In this document: positions 8,651 through 18,294 of the stretch, one piece after another
Layout: every line of letters begins with the position of its first letter
How positions within the stretch are numbered: the stretch's first letter is position 1
Translations under genes and position numbers: made by a program
Assembly: GCA_963785725.1 (NCBI GenBank)
Contig: CAWAWS010000029.1
Location: 32,001 to 96,000, forward strand
Origin: an uncultured delta proteobacterium
GTDB lineage: Bacteria > Myxococcota_A > Polyangia > Palsa-1104
Direction: 5' to 3'
Length of the DNA stretch: 64,000 nucleotides
Notes under the pieces: generated by a model
Told to the model about the DNA's origin: nothing
The model's input: only the letters and a program-made list of their open reading frames with translations
Databases searched by the model: none

Positions 8651-10015
8651 TCACAAGTTGGTCATCAGCGTCTCGAGCAGGTCATTGACCGTCGAGACGT
8701 ATTGGCTGGCGGCTTCGGCGGCGTGCTGAAATTGCGCCAAGGTCGCCGTCTCTTCGTTGATGTCGACGCCCGACTCGGAGTCGCGCGCCGAGGCCAACAC
8801 CTGCGTACGCGTCGACTCCAGCGTCACGTCGTTGGACGCGCTCGCCGCCGCCGCGCCGACGGTGGCCGTGACGTTGAGCGCCTGGTCGGTGAACGTCGCC
8901 GTGCCGCCGTTGGCGAGCGGCTGATCGCGCAAGGCCAAGAGCGCGCTGGCGCCGCCCGAGTCATTGGCGCCGGCGCCGACCGTGCGCGTCGCCAGCTTGT
9001 CGGGATTGGCGACGATGGTCGGGTTGACCGTGATCGCGGCCGCGCTGCCGGCGACCGTCGTCGGAATGTTGAACAGGTTGTTGCCCGTCGAGCCGTCGAG
9101 GCCGACATTGGCCGAGTGCACGGCGTTGAGCTGCGTCGCGAAGTCGTTGGCCAGCTGATCGAGCTGCGTCGCCGCCGTCGCCGCCGTGCCGTCGCGAAAC
9201 TGCACGAGGCCGGCGATCGAGCCGCCGTCCAAGCTGTTGGTGACGTCGGCTTTGTGCGGCCCGTCGACGATCTGCACGGCCACGTGGTTGCCGTTCGTCG
9301 GATCGGGCACCGCCTGCACCGACGAGGCGTGGGTGCCGTCGACGACGACGGTGCCGTTGCCGAGCACGAAGTTCATCTGCCCGTTGGTGCCGATGATGCC
9401 CTGACCGCCGATGATGCCGGCCAGCTGCTTCGCGGCCAGATCGCGCTGATCGGCGAGCGTCGGATCATTACTGGTGGCGATCGACTGATTGAGCGACGCG
9501 ATCTGCGCCGCCAGCTGCGTCGCCTGCGTCGACATCGTGCCAATCTGCGTGTCGGCGTCGGTCTGCGACTGCGAGATCGCCGTCGCCGCCGAGTTGAACT
9601 GCGTCGCCACCGACTGCGCGTCGCTGATGACCTGCGCGCGCATGGCCGTATCGCCCGGCGCCGCCTGCAGCGCGTTGACGTCGCCGAAGAACGTGCCCAT
9701 CGAGCCGGCCACGTCGTCGTTGGTGAGGCTGGTCTGCAAGCTGTCGAGCGACGCCGACAGCGACGAGGCCTGCCCGCTCGCGCCCGACTGCGCGCGCTCG
9801 CGCGTCGACAAGAGGTCGTCGGACGCGCGCGTGGCCGCGCCGGCGATGACGCCGCCGACCAGCGGCGCCGCCGGCTCCGACGAGAGCAGCACGCTCTCCT
9901 TCTGATAGCCGACGGTGTTGACGTTGGCCGTGTTGTTGCCGCTGACCGCGACACCGGCCTGCTGCGCCAAGAGCGCCGACGCGCCGAGGTTCAGGCTCGA
10001 GAGCAGACCGCCCAT
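8651..10015 (-). CDS. flgK: Hook-associated protein FlgK
   Basis: GNNTANVNTVGY, LADQRD, SGVDINEE. Confidence 0.93.
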   Translation of the reverse strand: MGGLLSSLNLGASALLAQQAGVAVSGNNTANVNTVGYQKESVLLSSEPAAPLVGGVIAGAATRASDDLLSTRERAQSGASGQASSLSASLDSLQTSLTNDDVAGSMGTFFGDVNALQAAPGDTAMRAQVISDAQSVATQFNSAATAISQSQTDADTQIGTMSTQATQLAAQIASLNQSIATSNDPTLADQRDLAAKQLAGIIGGQGIIGTNGQMNFVLGNGTVVVDGTHASSVQAVPDPTNGNHVAVQIVDGPHKADVTNSLDGGSIAGLVQFRDGTAATAATQLDQLANDFATQLNAVHSANVGLDGSTGNNLFNIPTTVAGSAAAITVNPTIVANPDKLATRTVGAGANDSGGASALLALRDQPLANGGTATFTDQALNVTATVGAAAASASNDVTLESTRTQVLASARDSESGVDINEETATLAQFQHAAEAASQYVSTVNDLLETLMTNL

Positions 10016-10018
10016 CGT

Positions 10019-10387
10019 TTACAGCCTCCCGCCCATGAGCGACGACTGCGGCGAATACATGCGCGCGCGCCGATCGTAGGTGCCCGGGCTCGGGCGCTGA
10101 TAACCGAGGCGCGCCGACAAGATCCGCGTCGCATCCGCCAAGAGCGCCGCGTTGGCGCGCGACTGATGCAGCACCTTCGTCATGAGCGCCTTCACCGTCG
10201 CCGCCCGCTTCTTGTCGCCGCCCGAGTCGAGCTGACCCAATTGCGCCAGCTCGCTCGCGTATCTTTCCTTATCGACGCGCGCCTGACCCATCGCCACCGA
10301 ATCGAGCTTGGCGACCGCTTGCCGTTCGGCGTCGAGCGCCGCCAGCATCGCGTTCAAGATGTTTTCAGCGCGCGTCAGCTGATTCAC
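10019..10387 (-). CDS. flgN: FlgN-like export chaperone
   Basis: Between flgM and flgK; helical; NAALL...TYDRR C-terminus. Confidence 0.65.
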   Translation of the reverse strand: MNQLTRAENILNAMLAALDAERQAVAKLDSVAMGQARVDKERYASELAQLGQLDSGGDKKRAATVKALMTKVLHQSRANAALLADATRILSARLGYQRPSPGTYDRRARMYSPQSSLMGGRL

Positions 10388-10656
10388 GACATACCCGCGC
10401 GATCGAGCTCTTCGTCAGCCATGCGACTGGAGAGCTGCTTGGTGTCGACTTTGTAGCTGCCGTTGCCGACCGACTGCTTCAGCGACGCGAGCTTGGCCGC
10501 GCGCGCCGTCTGGCTCGACGCCTGCGTGCTCGAGAGCTGCTGCGCGCGCAATGACACGCTGACCGTCTCGGCGTTGCTGCTGTCGACCGCCGCTGCGCGT
10601 GTCGTCGGCACCGTGGATTCGACCGCGGTGACCGCGCTCGGTCCTTGAATGCGCAT
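10384..10656 (-). CDS. flgM: Anti-sigma28 factor FlgM
   Basis: MRI..., VSVS, RAAKLASLKQSVGNGSYKVD. Confidence 0.88.
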   Translation of the reverse strand: MRIQGPSAVTAVESTVPTTRAAAVDSSNAETVSVSLRAQQLSSTQASSQTARAAKLASLKQSVGNGSYKVDTKQLSSRMADEELDRAGMS

Positions 10657-10678
10657 GATTCTGACCCTCCGTAGGGTT

Positions 10679-10711
10679 AGTTCGACCGGGTTTTATGAAT
10701 CTTGAGGGGCA
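10679..10711 (-). promoter_or_regulatory. Putative sigma28 promoter of flgM-flgN-flgK-flgL
   Basis: Minus strand TGCCCC-TCAA-N15-GTCGAACT, same layout as upstream of fliC. Confidence 0.7.
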
Positions 10712-10718
10712 GCTGAAT

Positions 10719-11522
10719 CTATTTCTCGAGAATGGAGGCGGGATCGATGGCGTGTCCGTCTTGGCGCACTTCGAAGTGCAAGTGCGGTCCTGTCGTACGA
10801 CCGGTGGCGCCGACCTCGCCGACCTCTTGGCCGGCGTCGACTTTGTCGCCCGGCTTGACGTCGATGCGCGACAAGTGGCCATAGCGCGTCTGCAAGCCGT
10901 TGCCGTGGTCGACGACGACGAGGTTGCCGTAATTTCCGGCCGTGCCGGCGCGCGTCACGACGCCGCCTTTGGCCGCCAGCGCCGGCGTGCCGGTGGCGGC
11001 GCGCAAGTCGACACCGGCGTGGACGCGCTTGTCGCCCTCGAGCGGATCGACGCGCCCGCCGAACTTCGACGTCACGACCGTGGCCTGGCTCAGCGGTGAC
11101 GCGAGCGTCGGCGCCGACGTCGGCGAAGCCGCCACGTCAGCACCATCTATGGAAGTGGAAGCTTGCGCGCCCGGCCACGCGCGCAGCTGCTGGATCGCGT
11201 GCGCCGCGTCGGTCGTCGTCGCGCTCGCCGTCGGCGCCGAAGACTTACTGTCACTGCGATTGGCGCGCGCCATCTCTTTGGTCAGCATCGCCGTCAAGCC
11301 GATGCCGCCGGCTTTGGCCATGTTGTCGGCGAGCGCGCCGTTGAGCATTTCGTGAAAGGTGGAGCCGGCGAAGCCGCCGTCGAGCATGCCGCCGTCCGTC
11401 GAATTCTGGACCTCGGACATGAGCTGCTTCAAAAAGTGCGACTCCAGGCCACGCGCCGCCGTCGTCGTCTCGTCATCATCGGGACGGGCGTACGGCGTCG
11501 TATGGGAAGGCACTTTCGTCAT
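10719..11522 (-). CDS. flgJ: FlgJ rod-binding domain fused to an M23 metallopeptidase
   Basis: N-terminal AARGLESHFLKQLM...GGFAGSTFHEML...AKAGGIGL; C-terminal HAGVD (HxxxD), YGHL, TGPHLHFEVR; downstream of flgI. Confidence 0.82.
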   Translation of the reverse strand: MTKVPSHTTPYARPDDDETTTAARGLESHFLKQLMSEVQNSTDGGMLDGGFAGSTFHEMLNGALADNMAKAGGIGLTAMLTKEMARANRSDSKSSAPTASATTTDAAHAIQQLRAWPGAQASTSIDGADVAASPTSAPTLASPLSQATVVTSKFGGRVDPLEGDKRVHAGVDLRAATGTPALAAKGGVVTRAGTAGNYGNLVVVDHGNGLQTRYGHLSRIDVKPGDKVDAGQEVGEVGATGRTTGPHLHFEVRQDGHAIDPASILEK

Positions 11523-11525
11523 ATT

Positions 11526-12644
11526 TTACAGAACCTGAATCTCCGCCCGCAGTGCACCCGCGGCCTTCAATGCTTGGAATATCGACACCAAGTCGCGCGG
11601 CTTTACCCCCAAAGAGTTCAAAGCGGCGGCAACATCACCGACGGTCGTGGCCGCTCGCAGCGGCGCCAAGCGACCTTCGCCTTCATCGACCTTCACGTCC
11701 GACTGCGCCACGACCTCGGTCTTGCCACCCTTCGAGAACGCGCCCGGCTGCGATACCACGGGCTGCTCCTCGATCTTGACGGTGATGCCGCCGCAGGCGA
11801 CGGCCGACGCCGAGAGCGTGACGTTGGCGCCGACCGCGATGGTGCCGGTGCGCTCGTCGATGATGACGCGGCCGGGCGAATCCGGCGTCGCTTCGATCGA
11901 TTCCAAGAGCGCGATGAGCTCGACGGCGCGGCCTTTCCAGCGCGGCCCGCCGGTGACGATGACGGCGCCCGGGTCGCGCACGCGCGCCAAAGGCTCGCCG
12001 AGCGTGCCGTTGATGGCGCTGGCGATGCGCCACGCCGTCGTAAAGTCGGGCTCGCGCAAGAGCAGCGCGATCTGCCCGTCGGGCAAGCCGTTGGGCGCGT
12101 CGTGCTCGAGCGTGGCGCCGTTGGGGACGTGGCCGGCGGTGACGTGATTCTTGCGCGTCGACGAGCCGGACGCGCCGCCCGCCGACCAAGCGCCGAGCGT
12201 CAACGAGCCTTGCGCCAGCGCCCACACGTTGTTGTCGGGTCCTTTGAGCGGCGTGACGATGAGCGTGCCGCCGACGAGGCTCTTGGCGTTGCCCATCGAC
12301 GAGACGGTGACGTCGAGCGTCGTGCCGGCGCGCGCAAACGGCGGCAGCTCGGCCGTGACCATCACCATCGCCACGTTCTTCTGCATGAGGTCGGTCAAGT
12401 CGACGGTCGTGCCCAAGTGGCGCATGAGCGACTGCAAGGGATGCTTGGTCGCCGTCATGCTGGTGTCGTCGCCGGTGCCGGCCAAGCCGACCACGAGGCC
12501 GAGCCCGACCAGGTGATTGCCGCGAAACCCGTCGACCTCGACGAGCTCCTTCAAGCGCGCCGCGTTCGCCGGCGACGACGACGCCAAGAGCGACACGAGA
12601 ATCGACAGCAGCGAAGCGATAGCTCGAGAGCGACGCATATTCAT
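11526..12644 (-). CDS. flgI: Flagellar P-ring protein FlgI
   Basis: RLKEL...GLVVGLAGTGD, VMVTAELPPF, SLVGGTL, IDERTGT, LKAAGALRAE. Confidence 0.96.
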   Translation of the reverse strand: MNMRRSRAIASLLSILVSLLASSSPANAARLKELVEVDGFRGNHLVGLGLVVGLAGTGDDTSMTATKHPLQSLMRHLGTTVDLTDLMQKNVAMVMVTAELPPFARAGTTLDVTVSSMGNAKSLVGGTLIVTPLKGPDNNVWALAQGSLTLGAWSAGGASGSSTRKNHVTAGHVPNGATLEHDAPNGLPDGQIALLLREPDFTTAWRIASAINGTLGEPLARVRDPGAVIVTGGPRWKGRAVELIALLESIEATPDSPGRVIIDERTGTIAVGANVTLSASAVACGGITVKIEEQPVVSQPGAFSKGGKTEVVAQSDVKVDEGEGRLAPLRAATTVGDVAAALNSLGVKPRDLVSIFQALKAAGALRAEIQVL

Positions 12645-12647
12645 CCT

Positions 12648-13334
12648 TTAGAGCGGATTCACTTTGTTGATGATGCGATGCAGCCAGCCCGGCGACGTGT
12701 GGTCCGTAATGTCACCGCGGCCCGTGTACTCGATCTCGGCATCGGCGACGCGCGACGAGCTGATGGTGCCGTCGTTGTGAATGTCGATCATGCGCAAGAT
12801 GCCGCTGATGTAGAGGTGATGCTCCTCGGCGCCGACCATGACGACCTTGGTGCCTTCGACGTAGAGATCGGTGTTGGGCAGCACTTTGCGCACGCGCACC
12901 GGCAACATGCCGCTCAACGTGCCCTTCTTTTGAATCGTGCCCGAGCCGTCGAGGGCCGAGGCGCTCGACGTGCCGAGCAGCTGCGCCAGCTGCACCGCCG
13001 GGATCGCCTTCTGCAGCGCCGTGATGAGGCCGCCGGTCAAGCCGAGGCTCATCGAGCCCGCTTTGCTCAGCTTCGACGAGCCGTCTTGCTCGGCCGAGCT
13101 GTTCTCGTCGAGCTGAATGAACACGACGTCGCCGACGGCGCGGGCGCGATCGTCTTCGTACAGGCCGCGCGCGCCTTGCGCGTACAAGCTGTTGGCCCCT
13201 TGCGGCGCCGAGTTGGCGTAATCCCCGCGATCGAACTCGCGCTTCTTGCTCTCGTACGGCGCGATATGGGAGACGCAGCCGCCCGTGAACGCCAGCATGC
13301 CGAACATCAAGAAGTCGCGTGGCTTCATCATCAT
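12648..13334 (-). CDS. flgH: Flagellar L-ring lipoprotein FlgH
   Basis: Lipobox TGG-C, DDRARAVGD, VRKVLPN, ISSSRVADAEIEYTG, PGWL; ATG overlaps the flgA stop. Confidence 0.93.
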   Translation of the reverse strand: MMMKPRDFLMFGMLAFTGGCVSHIAPYESKKREFDRGDYANSAPQGANSLYAQGARGLYEDDRARAVGDVVFIQLDENSSAEQDGSSKLSKAGSMSLGLTGGLITALQKAIPAVQLAQLLGTSSASALDGSGTIQKKGTLSGMLPVRVRKVLPNTDLYVEGTKVVMVGAEEHHLYISGILRMIDIHNDGTISSSRVADAEIEYTGRGDITDHTSPGWLHRIINKVNPL

Positions 13335-14056
13335 TTGTCTTCCACCAAGAGCGTGTCGGCGTCGAGCAAGCGGCCGTAGACGATGCGATGGCCGTCGTCG
13401 ACGCGCGCCGCCGACTTCTCGCCCGGCCGCGCCGAGCGCTCGACGGTGCCGCGCGTCGAAATCGTGAGCGGGCCGTGTTTGACGAGCACCGTGAGCTCGG
13501 CGCCGCGCGCCACCGGTGCCGGCATGACGATGTCGGCCGAGCCGATGACGGCGCCCGCCGGCACGTCGCGCAGAAGCGGCGCGCCCGCCAACACCGTCGG
13601 CTCGACGGCCACGCCTTCGCCGTCGGCGACGGGACGCGGCTCGAGGCCCAAGTCTTCGGCTTGCAGCGACTCGCCCTTCGTGAGCGGCCGCTTGGTCACC
13701 AGCACCGCGCGCAAGCCGCGCAATTGCACGGTCGCCCAGCCGATGCGATGGCTGCCGTCGGCGCTGTCGAGCTTGAGCTGCACCGTCAAGCTGCCGGGAT
13801 GCGGCGGCGTACGCCAATCGACGGCCAGCGCGTCGCTGTCGGAGAATTTCCAGCTCATCGGCGCATGCAGCGCCACCAGCACCAGCTCGGCCGGCAAGGC
13901 GCCGCGCACGCGGGTCGCCACGGCCGCATCGAGCGGCGTCGCGGCCGTCGGGTCGACGACGGCCGGCGCCGGTCCGAACGGCGTCGTGCTCGGCGTCGAC
14001 TGCGCTTGCGCGCCGGCCGCGACGAACAAGACGAGCATGGCGACGACCGTTTTCAT
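13331..14056 (-). CDS. flgA: P-ring assembly chaperone FlgA
   Basis: Signal peptide, SAF-like VTKRPLTKGE, PVARGAELTV; between flgG and flgH. Confidence 0.85.
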   Translation of the reverse strand: MKTVVAMLVLFVAAGAQAQSTPSTTPFGPAPAVVDPTAATPLDAAVATRVRGALPAELVLVALHAPMSWKFSDSDALAVDWRTPPHPGSLTVQLKLDSADGSHRIGWATVQLRGLRAVLVTKRPLTKGESLQAEDLGLEPRPVADGEGVAVEPTVLAGAPLLRDVPAGAVIGSADIVMPAPVARGAELTVLVKHGPLTISTRGTVERSARPGEKSAARVDDGHRIVYGRLLDADTLLVEDK

Positions 14057-14838
14057 CGCAGCTGCGCCGTTTCCTGCATCATTTCGTCGGCCGCCTTGAT
14101 GACGCGCGAGTTGACGTCGTAGGCGCGCTGGCCGGCGATGAGATCGACCATCTCGGTCACGACCGAGACGTTCGAGCCTTCGAGCGAGCCCTGCTGCAAG
14201 GTGCCGATGCCGTTCTGACCCGGCGTTCCCGTCGTCGCCGTGCCCGACGAGCCGGTCTCGGAGTACATGTTGGCGCCGAGCGACGCCAAGCCCGACGGGT
14301 TCGGGAAGTTGACGAGCTGCAGCTGCCCGACCTGCACCGGCTGCGCCGAGGTCGCCACCGCCGCCGTCACGGTGCCGTCGACGCCGATGGTGACGCTGGT
14401 GGCATCGGGCGGAATCGTGATCGAGCTCGCCAGCGCGTAGCCGTCGGAGGTCACCAGCTTGCCCGTCTGATCCATCTTGAGCGAGCCGTTGCGCGTGTAG
14501 GCCAGCTGTCCCGACGGCAAGGTCACGCCGAAGAAGCCGTTGCCCTGAATGGCGACGTCGAGCTGATTGCCCGTCTGCTGCAAGTCGCCTTCGGAGTGCT
14601 CGCGCTGCGTATCGACGACGCGCACACCCATGCCGATCTGCAAGCCGGTCGGCGTCTGCGTGTTCGCGCCCGTCGACGTGCCCGGCTGCATGACCGTCTG
14701 GTACATCAAGTCTTCGAACTCGGCGCGCGACTTCTTGAAGCCCGGCGTCGAGACGTTGGCGATGTTGTTGGCGGTGACGTCGAGCTTGGTCTGCTGCGCG
14801 TCCATGCCCGTAGCCGCGGTCGAGAGTGATCTAAGCAT
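14053..14838 (-). CDS. flgG: Distal rod protein FlgG
   Basis: ANNIANVSTPGFK, FEDLMYQ, YTRNGS, LEGSNVSVVTEMV. Confidence 0.96.
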   Translation of the reverse strand: MLRSLSTAATGMDAQQTKLDVTANNIANVSTPGFKKSRAEFEDLMYQTVMQPGTSTGANTQTPTGLQIGMGVRVVDTQREHSEGDLQQTGNQLDVAIQGNGFFGVTLPSGQLAYTRNGSLKMDQTGKLVTSDGYALASSITIPPDATSVTIGVDGTVTAAVATSAQPVQVGQLQLVNFPNPSGLASLGANMYSETGSSGTATTGTPGQNGIGTLQQGSLEGSNVSVVTEMVDLIAGQRAYDVNSRVIKAADEMMQETAQLR

Positions 14839-14847
14839 GTTGTCCCC

Positions 14848-15558
14848 TTAGCCTTCGCTCGAGATTTTGGCGGCGGCGCTGTCCATGTCCTTGTAGCTCT
14901 CGATCATCTTGTGCAGCGCCTCGTAGTTGCGCGAGATGCGCACCAAGTCGACGACGCCGTGGACGACGTTGAAGTTCGCGCTCTCGACGGCGCCGGGCGC
15001 GATGGTCGGCGCCTCGCCCGTCGTCACCGGCTTGCCGGTGGCCGCGAACAGCGACGCGCCCTGTCGCGTCATGTTCTTGGGATCGAATTTGACCATGGCG
15101 ATCTTGCCGATCGTCTGATCGCCGGCCGAGACCGTGCCGTCGGGCGCGAGCGCGACGTTGGCCGAGTCGGGCGGCACGACCAGCGGCTTGCCGTTCGTGC
15201 CGAGCACGACGTGGCCGTCGCTCGTCGCCAGCTGCCCTTTGCCGTCGAGGCGAAAGGAGCCGTCACGCGTGTAGCGCTGCTGCCCGCCGGGGCCGGCGAC
15301 GGTGAAGTAGCCGTCGCCCTGAATCGCCGCGTCGAGCGGATTGCCGGTCGGCGTCGACGTGCCCGGCGTGTTGTCGGTGATGCCCGAAGAGGCCGTGACG
15401 AACTTCGAATCTTTCGCTTGGGCGAGCGCCTGCGTAAAGCGCATGCGCTCGGCGTGATAGCCGGTGGTGTTGGCGTTGGCGATGTTGTTGGCGGCGACGT
15501 CGAGCGCGGTCGATTGGGCCACCGCTCCCGACAAAGCCACGTAGATGCCGTTACTCAT
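14848..15558 (-). CDS. flgF: Proximal rod protein FlgF
   Basis: MSNGIYVALSG, ANNIANANTTGY, TGNPLD, YTRDG; upstream of flgG. Confidence 0.92.
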   Translation of the reverse strand: MSNGIYVALSGAVAQSTALDVAANNIANANTTGYHAERMRFTQALAQAKDSKFVTASSGITDNTPGTSTPTGNPLDAAIQGDGYFTVAGPGGQQRYTRDGSFRLDGKGQLATSDGHVVLGTNGKPLVVPPDSANVALAPDGTVSAGDQTIGKIAMVKFDPKNMTRQGASLFAATGKPVTTGEAPTIAPGAVESANFNVVHGVVDLVRISRNYEALHKMIESYKDMDSAAAKISSEG

Positions 15559-16270
15559 CGTCCTTCTCCTCGAGCTCCACCTTGAGTCGCGCCAGCGCAC
15601 GTGCGTGCAGCTGACACACCCGCGACTCCGACACCGAGAGCACCTCGGCGATTTCGAGGTAGCTCAGCTCCTCGACGTAGTAGAGCGAGAGCACCAGCGC
15701 GTCTCGTTCCGGCAGAGTCTCCATCGCACTCTGCAGGCGCTGGGCCAGCTGCTTCTTCTCGGTCGCAGCCGAGGGCCAGGCGTTGTCGTTGGCGGGCTCG
15801 AGCTTGCCGTCGCCGAGCTGATCGAAGTCGACGAAGCTGACCTGCGTAAGTCCTTCGAGCTCCTCGCGATATTGCTCGACGCCGACACCCATCGCGTCGG
15901 CGATCTCGGCGTCTTCCGGCGGACGACCGAGCTTCTGCTCCAATTGCGCAATGGTTTTGCCGAGCTTGCGGGCGTCGGCGCGCTTGCGGCGCGGCATCGG
16001 ATCGCCGCGGCGCAACTCGTCGAGCACGGCGCCGCGGATGCGCCGTTCGGCGAACGCGACGAACGGCAAGCCCTGGGAAGCGTCAAATCTGTCGGCGGCC
16101 TCCGTCAATCCAATCATCGCCGCGCCAACGAGGTCGTCTTCACGAATCCAGTCGGGCACACGTCGACCGACACGACCGGCGATACGGCGCGCCATGTCGA
16201 TGTGGTCGGCGATGAGCTGATCCCGCTCGGGATTGCGCAGCGCGACGTTCGCGTTGGCGTAGCCCTTCAT
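15551..16270 (-). CDS. fliA: RNA polymerase sigma28 factor FliA
   Basis: RIRGAVLDELRRGD, LSLYYVEEL, SESRVCQLH. Confidence 0.95.
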   Translation of the reverse strand: MKGYANANVALRNPERDQLIADHIDMARRIAGRVGRRVPDWIREDDLVGAAMIGLTEAADRFDASQGLPFVAFAERRIRGAVLDELRRGDPMPRRKRADARKLGKTIAQLEQKLGRPPEDAEIADAMGVGVEQYREELEGLTQVSFVDFDQLGDGKLEPANDNAWPSAATEKKQLAQRLQSAMETLPERDALVLSLYYVEELSYLEIAEVLSVSESRVCQLHARALARLKVELEEKDDE

Positions 16271-17139
16271 CACTTGGCGACTCCGACTTGACGCAGCTGC
16301 AGCGTGTTCGTCATCGCCGGCATGTTCCCGGCGAGCGCGTCGAGCTGGCGCGCGGCGCGACGAATGGCGCGGCTCGCCGGCGACTCGGGCGCGTGCAAGA
16401 CGAGCGGCACGCCGGCGGCGGCGGCTTGCGCGATGTTCGCGTCCCACGGCACCGCCGCCAAGGCCACGATCTCGATGCCCAAGAAGCGGTCGACGAGCGC
16501 GCGCAGCCGCGACACGACCTCCTCCGCCTGCGATGGCGAGCGCACCGAGTTGGGCAGGATGAAGGCGCGCTGCAGGTTGTGCCGCGTCGCCAGGATCTTC
16601 ATACAGGCGTAAGCGTCGGCGAGCGACAGCGGCTCGGGCGTGGTCACGACGACGACGTCGACGGCGGCGCCGGCCAGCGCCATGGCCGTCTCGCCGATAC
16701 CCGCCGGGGTATCGATGACGAGCGTGTCGTAGCTCGGCAAAAGGCCGCCGATGGCGTCGAACAGCTTGGCGCGATCGTTGGCGTCGAGGTTGGCCAGGCG
16801 ATGGCTGCCGTTGAGCGCGGGCAAGAGATCGAGGCCGTGCGCCGAAATCACCGACTCGGCGACGGGCGAGCCGTTGAGCACGTCGAGCAGGCTCTTCTCG
16901 GGCGCGAGGCCGAGCAGCAGGTTGAGGTCGGCCATGCCCAAGTCGCCGTCGACGGCCAGCGTCTTGGCGCCGCGGCGCGCGTAGCTGACGGCGAGGTTGA
17001 GCGCGATCGTGCTCTTGCCGACGCCGCCTTTGCCGCCGGTGACGGCGAGGGCGCGCGCGCGCGGCTTGTCGAGCGCGATGATGCCGTCCTTATCGGACAG
17101 CTGACGCAGCGTGCGCGCCTGGTCGATGGGCGTAGTCAC
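16270..17139 (-). CDS. flhG: MinD-like flagellar number regulator FlhG/FleN
   Basis: DQARTLR N-terminal motif, GGKGGVGKS deviant Walker A, DTPAG; GTG start overlaps the flhF stop. Confidence 0.92.
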   Translation of the reverse strand: MTTPIDQARTLRQLSDKDGIIALDKPRARALAVTGGKGGVGKSTIALNLAVSYARRGAKTLAVDGDLGMADLNLLLGLAPEKSLLDVLNGSPVAESVISAHGLDLLPALNGSHRLANLDANDRAKLFDAIGGLLPSYDTLVIDTPAGIGETAMALAGAAVDVVVVTTPEPLSLADAYACMKILATRHNLQRAFILPNSVRSPSQAEEVVSRLRALVDRFLGIEIVALAAVPWDANIAQAAAAGVPLVLHAPESPASRAIRRAARQLDALAGNMPAMTNTLQLRQVGVAK

Positions 17140-18284
17140 TAGGCGGCCTCCGCATTGATGATCAGACCGTGGGTGGCGAGCTCGAGCAGGCGCAGCGGCG
17201 TGGCGTCTTCCAAGTCTTCGGGCACGCGCTGGCCGGTGGTCACGAACGACAGCGGCAAGCCGAGCCGCGCCGGCGCGCGCACCAGCTCTTCGAGCTGCTC
17301 CGCTTCGTCGACCTTGGTGAACAGCACGCGCTTGACGCCCAAGCCGGCCAGCCGCGTGGCCGCGCCGTCGATGGCCGCGCGCGACGAGCCCGCCGGCAAG
17401 GTCAGGTGGATCTCGATGTCGAGGCCGGCGAAGGCGTGCGTCAAGGCGGCGATGGCGTCGGTGTCGCGCGGGCTGCGGCCGGCCGTGTCGATGAAGATCT
17501 TGTCGTAGGCGCCGTTCATTTGCGCCAGCGTCTGGCCGAGGCGCTCGACCGCGCACACCGTCAACGGCACGCCGATCAAGTCGGCGAAGGCGCGCATCTG
17601 GTCTTCGCCGCCGATGCGGTAGTCGTCGAGCGTGATGATGGCGACCGAGCGCTTCTCGACGAGCGCGGCGCGCGCCGCCAGCTTGGCGATGGTCGTCGTC
17701 TTGCCGACGCCCGTCGGACCGACGAGCGCGATGACGCGCGCGTTCGACGGCGCCGTGATCTTGTGGTTGTGCACGATCGACTCGAGCGACTCTTCGTGCG
17801 CCACGTGGTCGTTGGCCGCGTGCGGCGCCGAGCGCAACAGCGCCAGGCCGTTGCGCAGCTCGCGCAGCTGCTGCTTGATCTCGTCGTTGTCGTTGCGCGG
17901 CTCGATGGCGCGCAGCTGGCTGCGCAGGCTGCGCAGCTCGGAGCGCAAGGGCGCCATGATGCGCTCGAGGTCGCTGTCCGTCAGCGAGCGCGACGGCGCC
18001 GGATGATGCGGATGCGCGGGCAGCTCGCGCGTCGCCTGCGACGTGTTCGTGCCCATCGCCGCCGCGAACGCCGACATCGCCGCCGAGTGGCTCACGAGCG
18101 GCGGCGTCGCCGCGGTTGGCGCGCCATCGTCAATATCGACGGCGGCAGTCACCTCGACGCCGTTGCCCACGAGGCCGCGCTTGATGGGCCGAGCGGCCAC
18201 GATCAGCGCGTCGGCGCCGAGATCACGCTTGATCTGGGCGAGGGCGTCCTTCATATCGGCGGCGACGAACTTACGAATGCGCAT
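17139..18284 (-). CDS. flhF: SRP-family GTPase FlhF
   Basis: GPTGVGKTTTIAKLAA, DTAGRS, TKVDE, GQRVPEDL. Confidence 0.95.
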   Translation of the reverse strand: MRIRKFVAADMKDALAQIKRDLGADALIVAARPIKRGLVGNGVEVTAAVDIDDGAPTAATPPLVSHSAAMSAFAAAMGTNTSQATRELPAHPHHPAPSRSLTDSDLERIMAPLRSELRSLRSQLRAIEPRNDNDEIKQQLRELRNGLALLRSAPHAANDHVAHEESLESIVHNHKITAPSNARVIALVGPTGVGKTTTIAKLAARAALVEKRSVAIITLDDYRIGGEDQMRAFADLIGVPLTVCAVERLGQTLAQMNGAYDKIFIDTAGRSPRDTDAIAALTHAFAGLDIEIHLTLPAGSSRAAIDGAATRLAGLGVKRVLFTKVDEAEQLEELVRAPARLGLPLSFVTTGQRVPEDLEDATPLRLLELATHGLIINAEAA

Positions 18285-18294
18285 CCGGGTCTCC

